A model generated the notes under the pieces. It saw nothing but the letters and a program-made list of their open reading frames with translations. It was not told where the DNA came from and searched no databases. The translations under genes and the position numbers were made by a program. From the human T2T-CHM13v2.0 reference genome, Homo sapiens, in NCBI RefSeq assembly GCF_009914755.1, contig NC_060936.1: 64,000 nucleotides of DNA; one strand, 5' to 3'. Positions 26,967 to 42,435 of this stretch are shown in pieces (the first letter of the stretch is position 1; each line of letters starts with the position of its first letter).

Positions 26967-27866
26967 TTTAATGGATCAATGCAACAAGAAGAGCTAACTA
27001 TCCCAAATATATATGTACCCAATACAGGAGCACCCAGATTCATAAAACAAGTTCTTAGAAACCTACAAAGAGATGTAGGCTCCCACACAATAACAGTGGG
27101 AGACTTTGGCATCCCACTGTCAATATCAGACAGATCAATGAAACAGAAAATTAACAAGGATATTCAGGACCTAACAAGGATATAGGGTCAGCTCTGGGCC
27201 AAATGGACCTAATAGACATCTACAGAACTCTCCACTCCAAACCAACAGATTATACATTCTTCTCAGCACCATATAGCACTTATTCTAAAATCAACCACGT
27301 AATTGGAAGTAAAACACTTCTCAGTATTGCAAAACAATGGAAATCATGAAAACCAGCTTTCAGACCACAGTGCAATCAAATTAGAACTCAGGATTAAGAA
27401 ACTCAAAAACACACAATTACATAGAAATTGAACAACCTGCTCCTGAATGACTACTAGGTAAATAATGCAAATGAGGCAGAGATAAAGAAGTTCTTTGAAA
27501 CCAGGGAGAACAAATAGACAACATACCAGAATCTCTGGGACACAGCTAAAGAAGTGTTTAGAGGGAAATTTATAGCAATAAATGCCCTCATCAGAAAGCT
27601 GAAAAGATCTAAAATTGACACCCTAATATCACAATTAAAAGAACTAGAGAAGCAAGAGCAAATGAATTCAAAAGCTAGCAGAAGACAAGAAATAACTGAG
27701 ATCAGAGCAGAACTGAAGGAGAAAGAGACATGAAAAACCCTTCAAAAAACCCATGAATCCAGGAGCTGGCTTTTTTGAAAAGATTTACAAAATAGACTTC
27801 TAGTTAGACTAATAAAGAAGAAAAGAGAGAAGAATCAAATAGACACAATAAAAAATGATAAAGTAG

Positions 27867-27959
<93 letters not shown>

Positions 27960-28235
27960 TAAATTCCTGGACACATATACCCTCTCAAGACTAAATCAGG
28001 AAGAAATCAAACCCTGAATAGACCAATAACAAGTTCTGAAATTCAGGCAGTAATTAACAGCCTACCAACCAAAAAAAGCCCAGGACCAGACAAATTCACA
28101 GCCGAATTCTACCAGGGGTACAAAGAGGAACTGGTAACATTTTTTTCTGACACTATTCCAAACAATAGAAAAAAGAGGGACTCTTCCCCAACTCATTTTA
28201 TGAGGCCAGCATCATCCTGATACCAAAGCCTGACA

Positions 28236-28281
<46 letters not shown>
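28236..28281. repeat. (CA)n microsatellite inside L1 ORF2
   Basis: direct reading; expands the L1 'agacac' motif. Confidence 0.95.
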
Positions 28282-28283
<2 letters not shown>

Positions 28284-28728
28284 TTTCAGGGTAATATCCC
28301 TGATGAACATCGATGTGAAAATCCTCAATAAAATAGTGGCAAACCGAATCCAGCAGCACATGAAAAAGCTTATCCAGCATGATCAAGTCAGCTTTATCCC
28401 TGGGATACAAGGCTGTTTCAACATAGGCAAATCAGTAAACATAATCCTTCACATAAAGAGAACCAATGACAAAAACTACATGATTATCTCAATAGATGCA
28501 GAAAAGGCCTTCGATAAAATTCAACATCGCTTCATACTAAAAACTCTCCATAAACTAGGTATTGATAGAGCATCTCTCAAAATAATAAGAGCTATTTATT
28601 ACAAACCCATAGCCAATATCACTATATCCTACTGAATGGGCAAAAGCTGGAAGCATTCCCTTTGAAAACCAGCACAAATCAAGAATGTCCTCTCTCACCA
28701 CTCCTATTCAACATAGTATTGGAAGTTC

Positions 28729-28843
28729 TTTTTTTTTTTTGAGATGGAGTTTTGCTCTTGTTGCCCAGGCAGGAGTCCAGTGGAACGACCTTGGCTCACT
28801 GCAACCTCTGCCTGCTGGGTTCAACAAATTCTCCTGCCTCAGC
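28729..28843 (-). mobile_element. 5'-truncated Alu (right-arm 3' part, AluSp/Sq-like) in L1 ORF2
   Basis: poly(T) followed by 'gagatggagttttgctcttgttgcccagg...ctcctgcctcag'; L1 'ggaagttct|ggccaggg' is split. Confidence 0.92.
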
Positions 28844-30053
28844 TCTGGCCAGGGCAACCAGGCAAGAGAAATAAATAAATGTAATAGGAAGAGAGGAAGT
28901 CAAATTGTCTCTGTTTGCAGGTGACATGATTGTATATTTAGAAAACCCCATCATCTCAGCCTCAAAACTCCTTAAGCTGATAAGCAACTTCAGCAAAGTC
29001 TCAGGATGCAAAATTAATGTGCAAGAATCACAAGCATTCCTATACACAAACAATAGACAAGTAGAGAGCCAAATCATGAGTGAACTCCCATTCACAATTG
29101 CTAAAAGAGAATAAAATACCTAGGAATACAACTTACAAGGGTTATGAAGGACCTCTTCAAGGAGAACTACAAACCACTGCTCAAGGAAATAAGAGAGGAT
29201 GCAAACAAATGGGAAAAAATTCCATGCTCATGGACAGGAAGAACTAATATTGTGAAAATGACCATACTACCCAAAGTAATTTATAGATTCAATTCTATTC
29301 CCATCAAGCCACCATTGACTTTCCTCACAGAATTAGAAAAAAAATACTTTAAATTTCATATGGAACCAAAAAAAGAGCCTCTATAGCCAAGACAATCCTA
29401 AGCAAAAATAAGAAAGCTAGAGTCATCACACTACCTGACTTCAAACTATACTACAAGCCTACAGTAATCAAAACAGCATGGTACTGGTACCAAAACAGAG
29501 ATACAGACCAATGGAACAGAACAGAGACCTCAGAAATAACACCTCTCATTTACAACCATCTGTTCTTCAACAAACCTGACAAAAACAAGCAATGGGGAAA
29601 GGATTCCCTATTTAATAAATGGTGCTGGAAAAACTGGCTAGGCATATGCAGAAAACTGAAACTGAACCTGTACCTTATGCCTTATACAAAAATTAACTCA
29701 AGATGGATTAAAGACTTAAATGTAAAGCTGAAAACCATAAAAACCCTAGAAGAAAACCTAGGCAATACTATCCAGCACGTAGGCATGGGCAACACCAAAA
29801 GGAATTGCAACAAAAGCCAAAATTGACAACTGGGGTCTAATCAAACTAAAGAGCTTCTGCAGCAAAATAAACTAACATCAGAGTGAACAGGAAACCTACA
29901 GAATGGAAAAAAAAATTGCAATCTACCAATCTGACAAAGGTCTAACATCCACAGTCTACAAGGAACTTAAACAAATTTACAAGAAAAAAACAAACAAACC
30001 TCTCAAAAAGTGGGCAAAAGATAGGAACAGACACTTCTCAAAAGAAGACATTT

Positions 30054-30400
<347 letters not shown>

Positions 30401-31344
30401 TCATAAGAGAAATGCAAGTCAAAATCACAATGAGATACCATCTCATGCCAGTTAGAATGGTGATCATTAAATCTCTGGAAACAACAGATGCTGGCGAGGA
30501 TGTGGAGAAATAGGAACATTTTTACACTGTCGGTGACAATGTAAATTAGTTCAACCATTGTGTGTGGAAGACAGTGTGGCAATTCCTCAAGGATCTAGAA
30601 CCGGAAATACTATTTGGCCCAGCAATCCCATTACTGGGTATAAATCTAAAGGATTATAAATCATTCTACTATAAAGACACGTACACATGTATGTTTATTG
30701 CAACACTGTTTACAATAGCAAAGACTTTGAACCAACCCAAATGTTCATCAATGATAGACTAGATAAAGAAAATGTGGTACATATATGACATGGAATGCTA
30801 TGCAGCCATAAAGAAGAATGAGTTTATGTCCTTTGCAGGGACATAAATGAAGCTGGAAGCCATCATTCTCAGTAAACTAACACAGGAACAGAAAACCAAA
30901 CACCGCATGTTCTCACTCGTAATTGGGAGTTGAACAATGAAAACATATGGACACAGGGAGGGGAACATTACACACCAGGGCCTGTTGGCTGTTGGGGGGC
31001 ATAGGGAGGGATAGCATTCGGAGAAATACCTAATGTAGATGACATGTTGATAGGTGCAGCAAATCACTATGGCACATGTATACCTATGTAACAAACCTGC
31101 ACATTCTGCACATGTATCCCAGAACTTAAAAAGAAACTTCTCTTTTATTCCGTACCCTAAAGATAAAATAAGTTAACATACTACCGTTATCTTTCTCTTT
31201 ATGTAATTACTTCTGACTAGTGAAAAAATGACTGCTATAAAAATATGCTAACAGTCATCTTATCAAATGTTTTGAAATGTTAAGTCTAAAACATTCAGGA
31301 AAACCCAATTATATATTTCCCTCAATTGGGATTTTTTTTTTTTG

Positions 31345-33253
31345 GATATTTTCTTGTAATTCAACTGGAATTACAGTTTTTTTGGAGGAAGGTAACAGAG
31401 ATAAAATGCCATTTTCATCATATCATATCAATGGTACATATAATCAACATGTGTTTTAACTGTTGAGATTAGCCTTGATCAACAGGTTGAGGCAGTATTT
31501 TTTAGGTTTCTCCATTGAAAGATTAATCTTCCCTCTCCCCCTTTTCATACTGTAGATTTTAAAAGTCACAATGTCCATCTCACACTTGAGAAGTGGGGAG
31601 TTATGCTAAACCCTTTTGATGGTGAAGTGTCTATGTAAATTATTTGGAAGGTTTCTACATGGAATATTTACTTACTGTTTCCCATTTATTTATTCGATTT
31701 TCATATATGGTTTTTACATAGTATGAATTCATGTATATTTATTGTATATCTTATGTTATAATTCAGTGCTACTTTATTTGTTGTTCAATTTTTTCCAGCT
31801 TTGGGCATTGGGAGCTCAGCATTGCTCCTGTATCCATCTGACATACTCTCATCATTGTAGAGGTGGCCGTTTGTTTTTTGAGCAGTTTTTAATCTTCTGG
31901 TACTAAAAGATGCTCCAGGTACATCTTGTTTCTTTCTTTCCTAAAACTAGCCAGTTTTTCATGGAGCCCTGGTTATTTCTGTTGCAAAGTAGTTTTTTGT
32001 ACCTGTTGCTGTTGGGGTGTCTTTGCTCTTAGCCTGTATCAGTGACAGAGCAAGAAAAAGTATGTGCATACCCTGGCCCATGTATATACATATATGTATA
32101 TACGTATACATTTACTATGTACACGTATATACGTATACATTTACTATGTACACGTATATATTTACTATATATGTATATACGTATATATTTACTCTATATA
32201 TGTATATACATATATTTACTATAAATGTATATACATATATATTTACTATATGTATATACATATATTTACTATGTATATACCTATATATTTACTATATATA
32301 GGTATATACCTATATATTTACTATATATATAGGTATATACCTATATATTTACTATATATAGGTATATACCTATATATTTACTATATATAGGTATATACCT
32401 ATATATTTACTATATATAGGTATATACCTATATATAGTTACTATATATAGGTATATACCTATATATAGTTACTATATATAGGTATATACCTATATATAGT
32501 TACTATATATAGGTATATACCTATATAGTTACTATATATAGGTATATACCTATATATAGTTACTATATATAGGTATATACCTATATATAGTTACTATATA
32601 TAGGTATATACCTATATATAGTTACTATATATAGGTATATACATATATATTTATTATACCTATATATAGTATATATATATACCTATATATAGTAAATATA
32701 CTATATATACATATATACTATATATGTATATACATATATATTTACTATATATGTATATACATATATATTTACTATATATATGTATATACATATATATTTA
32801 CTATATATATGTATATACATATATATTTACTATATATGTATATACATATATATTTACTATATATGTATATACATATATATTTACTATGTATGTACATACA
32901 TACAGATTGTTATGTAAATAAAATTGTACATTACGCACCCTTTTAAGACTGGCTTTTTTCACTTAACAGTATACACTTTAGGTTTCTCTGTGTCTTTTCA
33001 TGAGTTGGTAGCTCAGCTCTTTATATATTACTAAATAATATTTCATTTATGGATATAGCACAATTTGTTTATCTATTCACTTATTAAAAGACATTTTGGT
33101 AGCTTATGGTATGATTTGGAATAAGGGTCCTGAGAAAGAAGATCATTGCCCTGTTCCCAGTCTAAGAAGAAAAGTGCCTTGTTTCTCATCATTAGGTATG
33201 ACATGAGCTATAGGTATTTTGTAGATATTCTTTATCAAGTTTATATTCCCTTC
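31345..33253 (-). mobile_element. old L1 (L1MC/L1MD-type) 3' UTR and ORF2 remnants, interrupted by a minisatellite
   Basis: 'gccattttcatcatatcatatcaa', 'ccagctttgggcattgggagc', 'aagatgctccagg', 'gtagatattctttatcaagtt'. Confidence 0.75.
32080..32902. repeat. TA-rich minisatellite (~26-33 bp units) with a palindromic core
   Basis: Units 'tatatttactatatat(a)g(g)tatatac(a/c)' read directly. Confidence 0.97.
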
Positions 33254-33299
33254 TGTCTTAGTCCATTTGTGCTTCTATAACCAAATACCCAAGACTAAC

Positions 33300-34315
<1,016 letters not shown>

Positions 34316-34319
34316 GGCA

Positions 34320-35265
34320 AAGTTTAATATTGGCCTTATCTATGGCTACCACAGTCTTCCATTTCCTCTCGTGGCCTTTTTCTGTTTTCCCTCTTGACTT
34401 TGGGCTTCCCTAACTAATCTTCCCCAGAGAGAGTCTGTCTTGCAGCTCTTTCAGTTAAAATCAGCTTTTATATAGTGGAGTCCTGTTGTTGTGATACTGA
34501 AGTACAGGGCAAGAGGAGGGTTTTTAATCATGTTTCCCTCTAATTTCAATGTTTTAGTGAGCATGTGTCTCAGATTTTACATTCACATGTGTTTATCCAG
34601 TGGTTTTGCTTTTCCCCACCACCTTCCTCTTCCCATTTTTCCCTGCTGCAGCATTCTCAGTCCTTTTTCTTGAAGCCCTGACCAAAGTTGCTTATGAGTT
34701 TTTCCTTCAGTTTGGTGAGGTGGAAAGGTTAGAAGAAAATGGGGTTAGAGTTGAAAGAATGCCCTTCCCCTACCTAGGTTAATGTTCTGACAAATCTGTC
34801 CCTGGAACATTTATCTTTGCTACAAAGAAGTCTTCAGGCCTATTTCAAAATAATTACCCTCCCCTTCCACTGTCAGGATCAAAAGGGGACATTTTGGGGA
34901 TCTTCTTTATGAGAACCAGGCATAGTTACTTGATGGTAAGCATAAAAATGTGAGTGCAACCAAGAATTTCTCACTCACATAATAACCTACCTTCAGTCTA
35001 CAGAAATTAGTCCGAATTATCATTACGTGTTCCTATCAGTTTATAGCTCCAGAGGATCCTGGTCCAGGTAAGCACACCTGGCTGTGTCTCTCTGGACAAA
35101 TCTGTCATTACAAATTTCAAGACAGTAGTTCGCCCTGCAACCTCAGTTTTTGGACAAGTTAGTGAAAAATAATTGATTTTCAGTTCGTCCTGCCTTTTCT
35201 CTTTGTAAGGACAGAATTGATAACTTCTAAGTTCTCTATATGTCAGATATAAGAGTGGAAGTCAA
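34320..35265 (-). mobile_element. old L1M 5' UTR remnant
   Basis: 'gagagtctgtcttgcagctctttcag', 'gttcgccctgcaacctcagtt', ending 'agtggaagtc'; resembles recalled L1M4/L1MC 5' ends. Confidence 0.6.
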
Positions 35266-35893
35266 CATTACTTAATTTTACAACATTGTAATGAGTAAAT
35301 TTTTAATGACACAAAAAATCTACAATACAATATTAAGTCAAAAACTAAAATATAATGATACATGAAAGTATATAAAGCATGATCTTATCCATGTAAGACA
35401 ACTGTTATGGAATATTTGAAAAACACCAAAATAGCCGTTATTTCTGGTTAGTGATATTATTGAAGAAAGTGTTACATTGTTTTTGTCCCTAATTATCCTT
35501 TAATAAGCATTTATTACTTTATTGACACACATTACAAATTATAATCATTATGTGTATTTTAACCAATTTTAAAAATATATTTATGTGATTATCACAATAA
35601 AATACTTGGGCTTATAAATACTTTAGGGTAATACTTAATCAGTTGACTTTTCTCTTTAACAATAAAACATAAAAATATACTACCATCATATATTAAATAC
35701 TACAATTTGCCAGGCCAGTAATCAACAAATATTTATGGTATTAATAAATTTGCGACTGGAATAGTTGAGTAAGGTTGCTAGAAACTAGATCTTTAATTTG
35801 GAAAATATTTGAGTAATAAAATTGAGGGAAAATATATTATAAAATAGATAAATATAAATACATACATATATATGCACACATAATTGTTTCTTT

Positions 35894-35997
35894 AAAAAAA
35901 AAATAAAGAGACAAGTCCTCACTGTGTTGCTCAGGCTGGTCTTGACTTTGGCCTCCCAAAGTGTTGGGATTACAGGCATGAGCCACCATGCCTGACC
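35894..35997 (-). mobile_element. Alu monomer (FLAM-like) with internal deletion
   Basis: 'tgttgctcaggctggtcttga|ctttggcctcccaaagtg'; flanking repeat aattgtttct (35882/36001). Confidence 0.85.
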
Positions 35998-36362
35998 CTC
36001 AATTGTTTCTTTTTCAAGTGAATGGTTGTTCTTTGAACTACAATAAAAGATGCTGTCTAGAATTGCTTGAAGGCTCTTTGTGAATTATTATACAGAGGTC
36101 ATTTAAGAACAGAGTTACTCCCTCTCCTCTAATGCTTGTCTCTTGGCTTTTATAACATACCCAAGTCCTGCAGTGCTCCATAATTTACAGCACTTAACTA
36201 GCTGTCATACGTAATGAGAAAAAATTGTTCAATATATCTGACAATAATTCAGGAAGTTGTCAAACTAGATTATCGGCTCCATTAAAATCCAATCAGACAA
36301 AATAAATGAGATGCTTGATTAATTTCACCATATGTTGGTTATAGTTTGACCTCCTCTGGAGG

Positions 36363-36405
<43 letters not shown>

Positions 36406-36707
36406 TATATATTCAGAAGAGAGGCACACACACATGCACATGACACATGATTACTTCAGAGAGCAGTTTCATTTTAAATGTGAAGCCAACAACAAATGTG
36501 ACTAGTTGCTTTGTTTTTGAGTTATTTTAAATCCTATGATGTGTTTTTTATCTGAGCATGGAGCATTCATTGACATATCCACATTTACGTATACATTTTC
36601 CTTAAAAATGACAAGTTGAATATGTCACCTATGACACAAAGAACAAAGCTTGCATTGTACATCTATAAAATAAGTGGCTTACATAAATAAGATGCTTTCT
36701 GCCATAG

Positions 36708-37095
<388 letters not shown>

Positions 37096-37112
37096 AATGT
37101 TTCCCCCTTTAC

Positions 37113-37228
37113 AAAAAAAAAAAAAAAAAAAAGAGGAAAAAAGAAGAAGAAGAAAAGGAAGAAAAGAAAGAGAAGGAGAAGGAGAGAGGGAGAAGAAGGA
37201 GAAGGAGGAGGAGGAGGAGAAGAAGAAA
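37113..37228 (+). repeat. uninterrupted polypurine tract, A-run then (GAA/GGA)n
   Basis: No pyrimidine over 116 nt. Confidence 0.95.
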
Positions 37229-37504
37229 TGGCATATTTCTTCTGGAGACATTGTGTGGCCTTGTTTGGGGACATCTTTGTTAGTTATGGATTTTTTGTTT
37301 GGCTTATATACAGTCAGCATTTTTAGATGCTTTTAAAAATCTTACTCCTGTCATAAAAGCTGAGGTGACACCTATTCCTAAATAATATTTTCTTTAATGT
37401 TAAAATTACAAGGAGAAGTATTCTGAGAATCTGAAGATCTGGTTTTATATTCAAGCTCTTCTACTTACTGTTTGTTTAACCTTCATCAAATTATTTAATC
37501 TTTC

Positions 37505-37810
37505 TTTTTATTTTATTTTATTTTTTTGAGACAGAGTCTTGCTCTATCACCCAAGCTGGAGTGCAGTGGTGTGATCTCGGCTCACTGCAACCTCCCCTTC
37601 CCAGGCTCAATGGATTCTCATGCCCCAGGCTCCAAAGTAGCTGTGGTTACAGGCATGTGCCATCATGCCTGGCTAATTTTTGTATTTTCAGTTGAGACAG
37701 GGTTTCACCATGTTGGCCAGGCTGGTCTTGAACTCCTGACCTCAAGTGATCCACCCACCTCGGCCTCCCAAAGTGCTGGGATTTACATGTGTGAGTCACT
37801 ATGCCCAGCC
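37505..37810 (-). mobile_element. Alu (AluSx/Sz-like) inserted in a MIR (~37425-37900)
   Basis: Full dimer; TSD tatttaatcttt; MIR core 'ctgagctttatttccctcatc' resumes afterwards. Confidence 0.95.
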
Positions 37811-38209
37811 TATTTAATCTTTCTGAGCTTTATTTCCCTCATCAGTAAACTAGATTAATGTTATATATTTCACATATTTTTGTAAGTAATAAATACAATT
37901 CTGTATATGAGTAAACTTCTAAATTTAAAGGTCTGTGCAAATGCAAAGAAAAAGTGTAGTCATATTATCATTGCTCTTCCATGGTTCATGAATCATAAAC
38001 ATAATAGGGTGTTTAAAATGTTTTTGTTATATTTAACAGTGTTGAAGAAATTCACTTGTGTCCAAAGACATTTAATAAGCATTTCTTTGTTACACTTCAA
38101 TCTACTTTCTCATATTTCCCATGCCTGAAGAGCAAAACTACAGCATTATATCTAATGCCAAATTTTGACATCACACTAAAGTAGTTTACTTTTGTACAAA
38201 AATATCTAT

Positions 38210-38455
38210 AATAAGAGCTACCTTTACATGAATGTCAACCGAATTCAAATGTGTTCTTAAGCATTTTATACGGATTAATTTGTTGAAATCTGACAACTTT
38301 ATCAATTAATTTCTATTATTATCACCCTAGTTTTACTGATGCAGAAACTGAGGTGTGGAGAGATGAAGTAACCTCCCACTCAGCCATCTCGTAATTGAAA
38401 AAATCATGAATTGAACATGACTCTAGGATCCACAGTATTAATCGATATGCTGCAC
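38210..38455 (-). mobile_element. MIR
   Basis: 'ttttactgatgcagaaactgagg...agagatgaagtaac'. Confidence 0.7.
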
Positions 38456-40289
38456 TACCTTTGAAATCTAGACTGAAGCACAAGCCTGAATTCAGATACT
38501 TAGATTTTCACTATTTTTTAATTTCAAAATTTGCTTTAGGTTAATTGGCTATATTATACCATTAACAACAACAACAAAAATACTGGAGTGATAGGAATAA
38601 TAATTGATGGGTTGGGATACATGCTAAAAGCTTTACATGGCGATCTCATGTAATTTTTTAATGATTATATAGCAGTTATTTCAACCTCATTTGATTAAGA
38701 AAAATAAACCTTAAAAAATCAATAAAATCCTCCTGACAATACAGCTAGCAAGTGAAGTAGCTAGGTCTTTCATCCTTGACTGCGTTCCTAACCGCTACAC
38801 CATCTCAGTGTTTTGAAGATAATCTTAAAAAAGAGGGAATCATTTTTCCATTATATATCACATTCTGCAAGCTGAAATAAATTAAATGTGTGTAACCTCT
38901 ATGACAATAACAATTGTCAAAGCAAAAATTATAAGATAATTTTAAAATTGAGCATTCATTGCTGTGTTTTGAAGCACACTTTAGGAATTACCATCTTTTA
39001 TAAAGTGCTTGAGCCTTAATATCTAGTCTCAAGATATTAAGAGTGGGAAGATTTACATTCACTATTATTTTTTCTGCCGAATACAGAGGAGTGTGCTGTG
39101 AGAAGAGAAAAAGTGAGATCAAATATATAAATATACCTTTAAAGCTTTAAAATGATAGAAAACAGTACCATTTACTATGACTGAAGAAGGAAGTATAGCT
39201 TAGGTTTAACAGAGTTTTCATTAGAAAATCAGAAACCAATTGCCTTTATGAAGAGAAAGTAATGACTGTAATTGAATCAAATACATATTAGTTGTGGAAT
39301 AGTAAGATGGCTTAAAAGGTACATGAGAATCATCAGCAGGAAATTAATTTAAAATCAGATTCTCACACATAGTAACCCTATATTCTTACTGAGTAGATAT
39401 CTAGTAGAGCAAAGGGGTGGACTTTTCTAAAAATAAATAGCACATTATATTCTGAGACAGGAGATGCTAAGATCATAGTTTAAAATCCATAGCTTTGGGC
39501 TGCCTCTTTCTTAGTGTCTGAGCAGTGTCTTCCATGTTTTACTTTTGTTCCAGTGGAATAGTCAATAAGAAACATCTATAGTTTTTTTCCAAAATCATCC
39601 AGTGAAAATCCTTTCAGCCACAAAAGGTGGTGTTCTCTGTATCGTTTTAAGGTTCTCAGTTAAAACAAACAAAAATGAAAATAAACAAAAAACAAAACAA
39701 ATCCACAAACTCACAGAAAAGAGTTTTATTAAAGAATGTTATGTGACAACCATACATGCCCAATAGTATAGGAGCAGAAGCTCCTAAGGGATTTAAGAGG
39801 CAAGGCACGTTTCTGTCAGCCTGTTTGCATTTCTGCCAATAATTATGAGAAGAGCATGCCCAGACTACTACTGTTTCTTGACTCCGGATATTTAAAGGAG
39901 AAATATGTTGAGACTTAAGATTTAAGATTGACCACCCTTCCCAAAGTAGACATACCCCAACAAACCCAAAAATCCATGAGAGAGTGATAAATTAGATCTA
40001 GGGATCTGTTTGTTAAGACAAATCTACATAGCAGTGGTTGAGTAATTGGCTATGCTATTCAGAGGGACTATGCTGATGCCAGAAACCTGTACTATTCTAG
40101 CGAAACACACCTGGGTGCTATGGTTTGGCATTTACACTGGATGCTAGGCACTCATGTTGGAACCATCATTAATGCTTCCTCTAACAAGGTAGATACCTAT
40201 GCCAATTTCCTAATTTAAAAATATCAATTATTTGTAGCATCTGCTTAATTATGTTACTCTTTCCTGAACTGAAGTCTCATGTGTGACCA

Positions 40290-41220
<931 letters not shown>

Positions 41221-42073
41221 TAACTTTGTACATCTTATAATATGTGGATGCCTTTATTTCATGACCTATTTACTATATACTGTATTGTTTGACACTCCAA
41301 TACATGAGAAAGGAAACTATCATCTTTTTACATTCTTCCTCCTCTACTGTCTCTCTACTTCTGAACATTAGGCTAGTATACACTAAGTTTACATTAAGGT
41401 AAAGAGCAACTATGGGTTCACTAATACTATTTTCAATCTCCATACCTTTATATTTACATAATCAAGAGATTGAAAACATTTACAATCAACTCTACAATTA
41501 TATTCAAATGCTTTATGTTTTGTCTATGGATTACTGTATAAAAACTAAAAGCCTAAGAATACACATCATCTACAGTATTTTAATAATGCAAATATGATCA
41601 CTGCAAAACCAATGAATGCTAGAGTAGTTCCATCTATACAATAATAAAGGCTTCCTCTGTAAAATACGTTCCATTGTCTTTATACTTCACTTTTAATCCA
41701 TACATTACTGGCACCAAAGTCAAATGAATTGTTGTTCTTTCCATTCCATTAATTACTTAATTAACTACTCTACCAAATATGTATTGAGTACCTAACATAT
41801 TACAGGTACCCATCAAAGAATAAGGGCTTGCTTAAAATGCAAAAATTATCTGTTTTAATTGACTTCATATTTGAATAATTCATTATTTTTCATTTTTTTT
41901 AAAAAATTATTTTATTTTGACAGATAAAACATATGCCATAGTTACCATATCACTAAAACTTTTCAGTTTTGGGTTATACAACTTATGGAATTTTATATGT
42001 TCTCACTTCTAGGCCTCACATTTATTTTCATTTTAGCTTAATAGATGAATAGTATTTTCGTTAATCCTATTAA

Positions 42074-42435
<362 letters not shown>

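Noticed and set aside
32017-32921. Tyr/Ile-rich repeat proteins, or a CRISPR-like array of ~30-bp palindromic repeats
   Set aside because: These are translation artefacts of a TA minisatellite. The repeats have no unique spacers, there are no cas genes, and the DNA is primate
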